Positions 40,881 through 52,852 of a stretch of 64,000 bases of DNA are shown here, piece by piece. Numbering within the stretch: position 1 is the stretch's first letter; the number at the start of each line of letters is the position of its first letter. Under the pieces are notes generated by a model. The model worked only from the letters and a program-made list of their open reading frames with translations, did not search any database and was not told the DNA's origin. Origin of the DNA: Malacoraja senta (taxonomy: Eukaryota); contig JAXLNO010000051.1 of the NCBI GenBank assembly GCA_038087875.1, positions 186,001-250,000 of the forward strand, given 5' to 3'. The position numbers were made by a program, and so were the translations under genes.

Positions 40881-42146
40881 AATAGACAAGAGACAATAGA
40901 CAATAGACAATAGGTGCAGGAGTAGGCCATTTGGCCCTTCGAGCCAGCACCGCCATTCAATGTGATCATGGCTGATTATCCCCAATCAGTACCCCGTCCC
41001 TGCCTTCTTCCAAAATCCCCTGACTCCGCTATTTTTAAGATCCCTATCTAGCTCTCTCTTGAAAGCATCCAGAGAACCTGCCTCCACTGCCCTCTGAGGC
41101 AGAGAATTCCACGGACTCACCACTATATGTGAGAAAAAGCGTTTTCTCGTCTCCGTTCTAAATGGCTTACTCCTTATTCTTAAACTGTGGTCCATGGTTC
41201 TGGACTCCCCCAACATCGGGAACATATTTCCTGCCTCTAGCGTGTCCCAGCCCTTAACAATCTTATATGTTTCAATGAGATATCCTCTCATCCTTCTAAA
41301 CTCCAAATTGTTCAAGCCCAGCTGCTCCATCCTGGGAATTAACTACGCTGCACTCCCTCAATAGCAAGAATGTACTTCCTCAAATTAGGGGACCAAAACT
41401 GCACACAATATTCCAGGTGTGGTCTCACTAGGGCTCTGTACAACTGCAGACGGAGCTCTTTGCTCCTATATTCGATTCCTCTTGTTATAAAGGCCAACAT
41501 GCCATTCGCTTTCTTCACTGCCTGCGGTACCTGCATGTTTACTTTCATAGACTGGTGTACAAGGATCCCCAGATCCCGTTGTACTTCCTCTTTTCCCAAC
41601 GACGCTATTTAGATAGAAATCTGCCTTCCTGTTTTTGCTACCAAAGTGGATAACCTCACATTTATCCGAATTGAACTTCATCTGCCATGCATCTGCCCAA
41701 TCCCCAACCTGTCCAAGTCACCCTGCATTCTCATAGCATCCTTCTCCCAGTTCACACTGCCACCCAGCTTTGTGTTATCTGCAAATTGTCTAATGTTACT
41801 TTGAATCCCTTCATCCAAATCATTGATGTATATTATAAATAGCTGAGGTCGCAGCACCGAGCCTTTCGGTACCCCACTTATCACTGCCTGCCATTCTGAA
41901 AGGGACCCGTTAATCCTTATTCTTTGTTTCCTGTCTGCCAACCACTTCTCTATCCATGTCAGCACTCTACCCCCAATACCATGTGCCCTAATTTTGCCCA
42001 CTAATCTCCTATGTGGGACCTTATCAAATGCTTTCTGAAAGTCCAGGTACACTACATCCACGGGCTCTCCTTTGTCAATTTTCCTAGTTACATCTTCAAA
42101 AAATTGCAGTAGATTAATCAAGCATGATTTCCCCTTCGTAAATCCA
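40879..42146 (-). mobile_element. CR1-clade LINE, 5'-truncated, (CTATTGT)n-tailed subfamily
   Basis: GFTKGKSCL, YLDFQKAFDKVPH, FADNTKL, RPHLEYCVQFW. Tail reads aatagacaatagac on +. Confidence 0.92.
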
Positions 42147-42991
42147 AGTTGGAGTTGGAGTTCGAGTTCGAGATAGATTTGAGGGTCGAGATAGAATTCG
42201 AGTTCGAGATAGTTCGAGTTATAGTTCAAGTTCGAGCTCGAATTCGAGTTAAATGAATGAATGAATGAATGAATGAATGAATACGTTTATTGGCCAAGTA
42301 TTCACATACAATGAATTTGCCTTGGTGCTCCGCCCGTAACTTGAACTCCAACTCGAGTTCGAGATAGATAGTTTTCGAGTTCGAGATGTTCGTGTTAGAG
42401 TTAGAGTTCAAGTTGGAGTTGGAGTTGGAGTTGGAGTTGGAGTTGGAGTTGGAGTTCGAGTTCGAGATCGAGTTCGAGTTCGAGTTTGGGTGAGAGTTCG
42501 AGATAGCGTTAGAGTTCGAATTCGAATTCGAGTTCGAGATCGAGTTCGAGATCGAGTTCGAGATAGAGTTCGAGTTCTAGAGAGATTTCGAGATCGAATT
42601 CGAGATAGATTTCGAGTTCGAGATAAAGTTTGTGATAGAGTTCGAGTTCGAGATAGTGTTCGGGTTCGCGTTCAAGTTCGAGCTCGAGGTAGAGTTGAAT
42701 GAATGAATGAATGAATGAATGAATAAGTTTACTGGCCAAGTATTCGCATACAAGGAATTTGCCTTGGTGCTCCGCCCGTAAGTCGAACTCCAACTCGAGT
42801 TCGAGATAGAATATGAGTTCGAGTACGCGTTCGAGTTCTCGATAGTTCGAGTTCGATATAGAGTTTGAGTTCGAGTTCGTATTCGAGTTCGCGAAAGAGT
42901 TCGAGATAGATATAGAGTTCGTGATCAAATTCGAGATACAGTTCGAGTTCAAGTTCGATTTGGAGTTGGAGTTGGAGTTCGCGTTCGAGTT
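42147..42991 (-). repeat. Hexamer satellite with cassettes at ~42288 and ~42727
   Basis: Direct reading. Confidence 0.93.
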
Positions 42992-43527
42992 CTTTTTTTG
43001 AAAATATTTTTTATTGGAGATAAGTACATAGAACATAGAAACATAGAAACATAGAAATTAGGTGCAGGAGTAGGCCATTCGGCCCTTCGAGCCTGCACCG
43101 CCATTCAATATGATCATGGCTGATCATCCAACTCAGTATCCCGTACCTGCCTTCTCTCCATACCCTCTGATCCCTTTAGCCACAAGGGCCACATCTAGCT
43201 CCCTCTTAAATATAGCCAATGAACTGGCCTCGACTACCCTCTGTGGCAGAGAGTTCCAGAGATTCACCACTCTCTGTGTGAAAAAAGTTCTTCTCATCTC
43301 GGTTTTAAAGGATTACCCCCTTATCCTTAAGCTGTGACCCCTTGTCCTGGACTTCCCCAACATCGGGAGCAATCTACACAACCTATTAACATCATTACAG
43401 TCTTACATTTTTAAATTGATAATATTGTCAATTATTATTACATTGTCCAATACCTTTTGCCTTTTTAAAAAAAAAACTAGATAGAACTAAAAAGATAGAT
43501 GAAGTAAAGAAAGAAAAGAGAAAGAAG

Positions 43528-43560
<33 letters not shown>

Positions 43561-44717
43561 TGATAGTTAAAATTAAAAACTTCATTCGAGATATAATCGT
43601 ACATTTCAGAGTATAGCATTTCATCCATTCTTTATCCCGAGTGTTGGTCAGGTTCCTGTGCTGAACCATTCTGACCCTTTAAATAATCAATAAAGGGAGA
43701 CCATGTTCCAACGAATAATTCCTGTTTGTCCAACAGGGAAAATCTGATTCTGTCCACGTTTAAGGTCTCCGTCATTTCTATAATCCACATTTTGATTGTG
43801 GTAGTTGTAGGGCCTTTCCAAAATTTTAGAATTAATTTTTTTCCTGTTATTATACTATAATCAATAAAGTTTCTTTGTGTTGTTGTAAATGTTTGATTTA
43901 ATACTAATGTTCCGAGTATTATTAATTTTGGATCCGGGTCCAATTGTGTGCTGGTCACTTTAGATATTATACTAAAAATATTTACCCAGAATTTTTTAAT
44001 TTTTATACAGTTTGCAAACATATGAGATAAGGTAGCTTCTAAATGTTGACATTTATCACATATAGGTGAGATATGTTGAAAGATTTTATGTAATTTTGTT
44101 TTTGAATAATGTAACCTATGTATTACTTTAAATTGTATTAAAGAATGTCTGGCATTTAATGAACATTGATGTATGTGTTGTAAACTTTCTTCCCAAGTAT
44201 CTTTCGTTATTATTTGATTTAATTATTTTTCCCATGTTTGTCTGTGTAAGTCCGTCGATGGAATGTCACTGTCTAATAAGATATTATATATATAAGATAT
44301 TAATTTTTCTGTATTAGGATGTTTATTCCAACATTCGTCAAGAATTTCTGAATTTCTAATTCGAAAATTTTGAGTATTCGATTTTACATAATCTCTGAGT
44401 TGAAGATATCTGAAATAATCATTTCCTCGGAGTCCATAAGTCTGTTGCAACTCCTGAAATGTCAGAAAAGTGCCTTCCTTGTAAAGTTGTCCCATATTTT
44501 TAATTCCATAATTCTTCCATTGTGTAAAACCCCTGTCCAACCATGAGGGCTTAAACAACGGGTTATTCACAATTGGAAGAAAAAGTGATAAATTATCTAA
44601 TTTTAATGTCTTTTTTAATTGTTTCCAAATTCGTATAGCACTAAATATTATAGGGTTTTCCCTATAATTTTTTTGTTTAATTTAGACGTAGCAAATAATA
44701 TCGAGCCGATATCAAAA
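42992..44717 (-). mobile_element. 5'-truncated L1 (fish-type) 3' portion with poly(A), interrupted by CR1
   Basis: NNPLFKPS, FRYLQLRDYV, CDKC..SHMFANC, WSPFIDYL. T-run at 42992. Homologous to 61500-62367. Confidence 0.88.
43028..43375 (-). mobile_element. CR1 3' fragment nested in the L1 3' UTR
   Basis: (catagaaa)n tail; near-identical to 13945-14265. Confidence 0.92.
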
Positions 44718-47700
44718 GTTCGAGTTCGAGATAGAGTTCGAGTACGAGATACCATTCGAGCTCGAGTTCGAGTACGAGTTCAAGATAGAGTTCGAGAGAA
44801 TTCGAGATAAATGAATGAATGAATGAATGAATGAATGCATAAGTTTATTGGCCATGTATTCACATACAAAGAGTTTGTCTTGCTGCTCCGCCCGCAAGTC
44901 GATAGAGATAGAGTTCGAGTCGTGATAGAATTAGAGTTAGAGTTCGGGTTCATGTTCGAGATGGAGTTGGTTCGAGTTCAAGATAGAGTTCGAGTTCAAG
45001 TTGAAATTCGTTTGAGTTCGAGTTCAAGTTCGAGATAGTTCAAGTTCGAGTTCGAGTTGAATGAATGAATGAATGGATGAATCAAATTCACATACAAGGA
45101 ATTTGCCTTGGTGCTCCAACTCGAAATCCAACTCGAGTTCGAGATCGAATTCGAGTTCGAGTTCGAGATAGATTTCGAGTTCGAGATAGAGTTCGAGGTC
45201 GAGATAGAGTTCGAGTTTGAATTCGAGTTTTAGCTAGAGATAGAGTTCGAGTTCAAGATGGAGTTCGTGTACAAGATAGAGTTCCAGATCGAGATCGTGT
45301 TTTAGATCGAGTTCACGTTCGAGATAGATCGACAGAGAGTTCGAGTTCGAGATAGTTCGAGTTCGAGATCAGAGTTGGAGTACGAGATATAGTACGAAGT
45401 TGAGTTCGAGTTTTGGTTAGAGAGAGAGATCAAGATAGAGTTCGAGTTCGAATTCGAGTTCGAGTTCGGGATAGAATTCGAGTTCGAGTTCGAGATAGAA
45501 TTCGAGTTCGAGTTCGTTCGAGCTCGAGTTCGAGTTAAATGAATGAAAGAATGTATAAGTTTATTGACTAAGTATTCACCAAGTTTATTGGGCAAGATTT
45601 ATGCCTTGGTTCTCCGCCCGAAAGTCGAACCCGAACTCGAGTTCGCGATAGTTCGAGTTCGAGATAGGGTTCGAGATTGAGATCGAGATCGAGGTCGAGT
45701 TCGATTTCGAGAGAGAGTTCGAGATAGATTTCGAGATAAATTTCGAGTTCGAAATAGAGCTCGAGTTCGAGATTGAGTTCGACTTCGAGATAGAGTTCGA
45801 GATCGAGATAGAGATCGAGATCGAGTTCGAGTTAGAGAGAGAGTTCCATATAGAGTTCGAGTTCAAGATAGTTCGAGTTCGAGTTCAAGATAGAGCTCGA
45901 GTTCGAGTTCGAGTTCGTGTTCGAGATATTTCGAGATAGAGTTCGAGATAGAGCAAGTTCGAGAGAGAGTTCGAGATATTTCGGGTTCGAGATAAGTGTT
46001 CGAGTACGAGATAGTTCGAGTTCGAGATAGAGTACGAGTTCGAGTTCGAGATTTAGTTAGAGAGAGAGAGAGAGATAGAGTTCGAGAGAGAGAGAGAGAG
46101 AGAGAGTTCGAGATATATTTCGAGAGATTTCGAGTTCGAGAGAGACTTAGAGTTCGAGATAGAGTTCGAGTTCGAGATTGAGTTCGAGTTCGAGCGAGAA
46201 AGAGTTCGAACTAGAGATAGAGTTCGAGGTCAAGATAGAGTTCGAGGTCAAGTTCGAATTCGAGTTCGAGATCGAGATCGAGTTCGAGATAGAGTTCGTA
46301 TTCGAGATAGTTCGAGATAGAGTTCGAGTTCGAGAGAGATTTCGAGATAGTTCGAGTTCGAGTTCGAGATAAGAGTTCGAGTTCGAGATAGACTACGAGT
46401 TCGAGTTCGAGTTTTAGTTAGAGAGAGAGTTCGAGATATAGTTCGAGTTCGAATTCGAGTTAGTTCGAAATAGAATTCGAGTTCGAGTTCGTTCGAGCTC
46501 GAGTTCGAGTTGAATAAATGAAAGAATGTATAAGTTTATTGATTAGGTATTCACCAAGTTTATTGGCCAAGAGTGTTGCCTTGGTGCTCCGCCCGAAAGT
46601 CGAACACGAACTCGAGTTCGAGATAGAGTTCGAGTTCGAGATAGGGTTCGAGATCGAGATAGAGATCGAGATCGAGTTCGAGATCGAGAGAGAGTTCGAG
46701 ATAGATTTCGAGATAAATTTCGAGTTCGAGATAGAGTTCGAGTTCGAGATATATTTCGAGATAAATTTCGAGTTCGAGATAGAGTTCGAGATAGATTTCG
46801 AGATAAATTTCGAGTTCGAGATAGAGTTCGACTTCGAGATAGATTTCGAAATAAATTTCGAGTTAGAGATAGTTCGAGCTCGAGATAGTTCGAGTTCGAG
46901 ATAGAGTTCGAGTTCGAGATAGAGTTCGAGATCGAGATAGAGATCAAGATAGTGTTCGAGTTCGAGTTCGAGATCGAGTTTTCGTTCGAGATAGTTCGAG
47001 ATAGAGTTCGAGATAGAGTTCGAGTTCGAGATAAGAGTTCGAGTTCGAGATAGAGTACGAGTTCGTTCGAGTTGTAGTTCGAGAAAGTTCGAGTTGAATG
47101 AATGAATGAATGAATGAATGAATGAATGAATAAGTTTATTGGCCAAGTATTCACATACAAGGAATTTGCCTTGGTGCTCCGCCCGTAAGTCGAAATCCAA
47201 CTCGAGTTCGAGATCGAATTCGAGTTCGAGTTCGAGATAGATTTCGAGTTCGAGATAAAGTTCGAGGTCGGGATAGTTCGAATTCGAATTCGAGTTTTAG
47301 CTAGAGATAGAGTTCGAGTTCAAGACAGATTTTGAGTTCGAGTTCAAGATAGAGTTCGAGTTCGAGAACGAGATCGAGTTTGAGATCGAGCGCGTTTGAG
47401 ATAGTTCGAGATAGAGTTCGAGATAGTTCAAGTTCGAGAGAGAGTTCGAGATATTTCGAATTCGAGTTCGAGATAGAGTACGAGTTCGAGTTTTAGTTAG
47501 AGAAAGAGTTCGAGAGCGAGTTCGAGATAGAGGTCGAGTTCAAGTTGGAGTTGGAGTTCGAGTTGGAGTTCGAGTTAAATGAATATATGAATGAATGAAT
47601 ACGTTTATTGGCCAACTATTCACATACAAGGAATTTGCCTTGGTGCTCCGCCGGTAACTCGAACTCCAACTCGAGTTCGAGATCGATTTCGAGTTCGGGT

Positions 47701-50700
47701 TCGAGATAGACTTCGAGTTCCAGATAGAGTTCGAGGCCGAGATATTTTGTTCGAATTCGAGTTTTAGCTGGAGATAGATTTCGAGTTCAAGATAGAGTTC
47801 GAGTTCGCGTTCGAGATAGTTCGGGATAGTTCGAGATAAGAGTTCGAGTTCGAGAGAGTTCGAATTCGAGATAGAGTATGAGTTCGAGATCGAGTTCGAT
47901 TCGAGTTGACTGAATGAATGAATGAAGGTATGAATGAATACGTTTATTGGTCATGTCTTCACATACAAGGAATTTGCCTTGATGCTCCGCCCGCAAGTCG
48001 AACTCGAACTCGAGTTTGAGATCGAGTTCGAGATGGAGATAGAGTTCGAGTTCGAGATAGAGTTCGTGATAGAGTTCGAGTTCGAGTTCGAGTTCAAGTT
48101 TGAGCTCGAGTTCGTGTTAAATGAATGAATGAATGAATGAATAAGTTTATTGCAAAGTATTCACATACTAGGTGTTTGCCTTGGTGCTCCGCCCGTAAGT
48201 CGAAATCCAACTCGGGTTCGAGATCGAATTCGAGTTCGAGTTCGAGATAGATTTCGAGTTCGAGATAAAGTTCGATGTCGAGATAGTTCGAGTTCGGATT
48301 CGAGTTTTAGCTGGAGATAGTTCGAGTTCAATATAGAGTTCGAGTTCGATTTCAAGATAAAGTTCGAGTTCGAGATCGAGTTTGAGATAGTTTGAGATCG
48401 AGTTCGCGTTCGAGAGAGTTCGAGATAGAGTTCGAGTTCGAATTCGAGTTCGAGTTCGAGATAGAGTTCGAGATAGAGTTCAAGATAGAGTTCGAGTTCG
48501 AATTCGAGTTCGAGATAGAGTTCGAATTCGAGTTCGAGTATTAGTTAGAGAGAGAGTTCGAGATGTAGTTCGAGTTCGAATTCGAGTTTGAGTTCGAGAT
48601 AGAATTCGAGTTCGAGTTCGTTCGAGCTCGAGTTCGAGTTGAATGAATGAAATAATGTATAAGTTTATTGACTAAGTAGTCACCAAGTTTATTGGCCAAG
48701 AGTGTTGCCTTGGTGCTCCGCCCGAAAGTCGAACCCGAACTCGAGTTCGAGATAGAGTTCGAGTTCGAGATAGGGTTCGAGATGGAGATAGAGATCGAGA
48801 TCGTGTTCGAGATCGAGAGAGAGTTCGAGATAGATTTCGAGATAAATTTCGAGTTCGAGATAGAGTTCGAGTTCGAGATAGATTTCGAGATAAATTTCGA
48901 GTTCGAGATAGAGTTCGAGTTCGAGATAGATTTCGAGATAAATTTCGAGTTCGAGATAGAGTTCGACTTCGAGATAGATTTCGAAATAAATTTCGAGTTA
49001 GAGATAGTTCGAGCTCGAGATAGTTCGAGTTCGAGATAGAGTTCGAGTTCGAGATAGAGTTCGAGATCGAGATAGAGATCAAGATAGTGTTCGAGTTCGA
49101 GTTCGAGATCGAGTTTGCGTTCGAGATAGTTCGAGATAGAGTTCGAGATAGAGTTCGAGTTCGAGATAAGAGTTCGAGTTCGAGATAGAGTACGAGTTCG
49201 AGTTCGAGTTGTAGTTCGAGAGAGTTCGAGTTGAATGAATGAATGAATGAATGAATGAATGAATGAATGAATAAGTTTATTGGCCAAGCATTCACAAACA
49301 AGGAATTTGCCTTGGTGCTCCGCCCGTAAGTCGAAATCCAACTCGAGTTCGAGATAGATTTCGAGTTCGAGTTCGAGATAGATTTCGAGTTCGAGATAAA
49401 GTTCGAGGTCGGGATAGTTCGAATTCGAATTCGAGTTTTAGCTAGCGATAGAGTTCGAGTTCAAGACAGATTTTGAGTTCGAGTTCAAGATAGAGTTCGA
49501 GTTCGAGAACGAGATCGAGTTTGAGATTGAGCGCGTTTGAGATAGTTCGAGATAGAGTTCGAGATAGAGTTCAAGTTCGAGAGAGAATTCGAGATATTTC
49601 GAATTCGAGTTCGAGATAGACTACGAGTTCGAGTTTTAGTTAGAGAGAGAGTTCGAGAGCGAGTTCGAGATAGAGGTCGAGTTCAAGTTGGAGTTCAAGT
49701 TGGAGTTCGAGTTAAATGAATGTATGAATGAATGAATTCGTTTATTGGCCCAATATTCACATACAAGGAATTTGCCTTGGTGCTCCGCCGGTACCTCGAA
49801 CTCCGACTCGAGTTCCAGATGGATTTCGAGTTCGGGTTCGAGATAGACTTCGAGTTCCAGACAGAGTTCGAGGCCGAGATATTTTGTTCGAATTCGAGTT
49901 TTAGCTGGAGATAGATTTCGAGTTCAAGATAGAGTTCGAGTTCGCGTTCGAGATAGTTCGGGATAGTTCGAGATAAGAGTTCGAGTTCGAGAGAGTTCGA
50001 GTTCGAGATAGAGTACGAGTTCGAGATCGAGTTCGATTCGAGTTGACTGAATGAATGAATGAAGGTATGAATGAATACGTTTATTGGGCATGTATTCACA
50101 TACAAGGAATTTGCCTTGATGCTCCGCCCGCAAGTCGAACTCGAACTCGAGTTTGAGATGGAGTTCGAGATGGAGATAGAGTTCGAGTTCGAGATAGAGT
50201 TCGTCATAGAGTTCGAGTTCGAGTTCGAGTTCAAGTTTGAGCTCGAGTTCGTGCTAAATGAATGAATGAATGAATGAATAAGTTTATTGGCAAAGTATTC
50301 ACATACTAGGTACTTGGTGCTCCGCCCGTAAGTCGAAATCCAACTCGGGTTCGAGATCGAATTCGAGTTCGAGTTCGAGATAGATTTCGAGTTCGAGATA
50401 GAGTTCGATGTCGAGATAGTTCGAGTTCGGATTCGAGTTTTAGCTGGAGATAGTTCGAGTTCAATATAGAGTTCGAGTTCGATTTCAAGATAAAGTTCGA
50501 GTTCGAGATCGAGTTTGCAATCGAATTCGCGTTCGAGAGAGTTCGAGATCGAGTTCGAGTTCGAATTCGAGTTCGAGTTCGAGATAGTGTTCGAGATAGA
50601 GTTCAAGATAGAGTTCGAGTTCGAATTCGAGTTCGAGATAGAGTTCTAATTCGAGTTCGAGATCGAGATCGTGTTCGATATAGAATTCGAGTTCGAGTTC

Positions 50701-51473
50701 AAGTTCGAGCTCGAGTTCGAGTTGAATGAATGAATGAATGAATAAGTTTATTGGCAAAGTATTCACAAACGAGGAATTTTCCTTGGTGCTCCGCCCGCAA
50801 GTAGAAATCAACCTTGAAATCGAGATAGAATTCGCGTTCGAGAGTTCGAGTTCGAGTTCGAAATAGAGTTCGACTTCGAGATAGTTCGAGTTAGAGATCG
50901 AGTTCGAGTTATAGTTCGGGTTCGAATTCGGGTACGAGTTCGTGATCGAGTTCGAGATAGAGTTCGAGTTCGAGATAGTTCGAGTTAGAATTCGAGTTGG
51001 AGTTCGAGTTCGATTTCGAGTTTGAGATAGAGTTCGTGAAAGAGTTGGAGTTCAATTTCTAGTTGGAGTTGCTTCGCGTTCGAGAGAGTTCGAGTTCGAG
51101 TTCGAGTTCGAGTTCGAGAGAGAGTTCGAGTTCGAGAGAGAGTTCGAGATAGAGTTCGAGTTCGAGTTCGAATCCCAGTTCGTGTTCGCGTTCGATTGAG
51201 TGTTCGTCATAGTTCGAGTTCGAGATGGATTTCGAGATAGAGTAGGAGTTCGAGTTGGGGAGTGATTTCGAGATATAGTTCGAGAGAGTTAGAGTTCGAG
51301 ATAGTGTTCGAGGGCGAGATAGAGTTCCTGAAAGAGTTCGAGATCGATTTCGTTCGAGTTGGAATTGGAGTTGGAGTTCGAGATAGAGTTCTCGTTCTAG
51401 ATAGAGTTCGAGCTCGAGATTTTGTTCGACTTCGAGTTCGAGTACGAGTTCGAGATCGTGTTCGAGATCGAGT

Positions 51474-51520
<47 letters not shown>

Positions 51521-51589
51521 AGCTCGAATTCGAGTTCGAGATAGTTCGAGTTCTAGTTCAAGGTCGAGTTCGCGCTCGAGTTCGAGTTC
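44718..51589 (-). repeat. Long hexamer satellite block with ~14 cassettes and a ~2.13-kb tandem higher-order duplication
   Basis: attggccaagagtgttgcc at 46562 and 48691; gaaggtatgaatg at ~47924 and ~50061. Confidence 0.95.
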
Positions 51590-51789
51590 GGACTTCCGAT
51601 GGCGCTATGGAGCACTGAAGGCGTCACATTGAGCTCCTCCCCGGCAACAACTGTTAAAAACCGTTAAAGTACCGATTTTAAAAAACTCACCGGAGCTGCT
51701 TGGCGTTGCGTAAGGGTGACGTCATCAGAAGGCGACGCGAAATACGGGTTTAACGCTAAAAATCGGGAATTTTAAATGAGAAGAGAAAA

Positions 51790-52852
51790 ATGCTCACGAG
51801 CACCCAAGAAGAACACCATGTCTCCAACTCGAGAAAGTCTTGGATACTCTGCAAACGACAGAAGAAGGCTCACAAGGCTCAGAAGAAGAAGAATTCGACA
51901 GCCAAGGATCTCTGCTTGAAATGGCTGCAAAGGGAGACAAGAAGGAGAAGGAGGTAAAGCAAATGCTTTTAGAAATGTCTGCTACAATCAATGCTACACT
52001 GGAAAATATCCAGAGTATGGAGTCTAATATGGAGATTAATAAGCAGAGTATCGAGACTAATATGGAGAGAATTTCTCAAAACATTTATATAGCTTACGGT
52101 GAGTTAAATGAGCTGAATAAACAACATAAGGAGGCTGATAAAAAATTAGAATGTGCTGGACTCGCAAATGACTATAATAAGAAATTCACTGATGTTAAGG
52201 ATAATATGGGAAAGTTGGATGAGTTAATGGAAGAGATGGAGAATGAAATGAAAGTAATGGCCACTGAAATAAAGAGTTTGAAAAAATCACAAAAAACTGA
52301 AGAAGAAAAACGTAAAAATGACGGAAAAATGTCTGGACTTGGAAGCAAGATCGAGAAGGCAGAATTTGAGAATTGTTGGAGTGAGAAGAACGAGAGCGTC
52401 ATGGATCTCAAACATGTACTTTTGTTACTGACTTACTCAAAGATGTTTTTGAACTGCCGGGAGCACCAAGAATAGATGTCGCTCACAGAGTTGGACGTGT
52501 TTCAAGAGAGGCAAATGCTCCTCCAAGACAGATAATTGTGAAATTCCTCGATATCTCTTCAGTGGAATTTGTATTGAAAAAAATTACTCATGGGGAGAAT
52601 CTGACATATCGTGGGGATAATATTCGATTTTTCCGGGATTACCCCCCGGAGGTCGTCCAGAGAAGGAACTTGTTTACACAGACAATAAATATTCTGAAAG
52701 GGATAGGCGATGTGAGATATGGAATTGTTTATCCAGCTAAAATGAAGATTACTCATAATGGCACTGTACGCTCGTTCACAGACCCCGAAAAAGCTTTTAA
52801 ATGTGCAGAGGATATCGTAAAGAAAACATCTGGTGAAGTGGATGAAGAATGA
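51790..52852 (+). pseudogene. L1 ORF1 (coiled coil plus RRM/CTD), frameshifted
   Basis: Coiled-coil-like 51840-52320; IDVAHRVG..PPRQIIVKFL; IRFFRDYPPEVVQRR..YGIVYPAKMKI. Confidence 0.85.

Noticed and set aside
44718..51589. Telomeric repeat array
   Set aside because: No (TTAGGG)n. The hexamer is different and heterogeneous, and chromosomal position cannot be inferred from this window.
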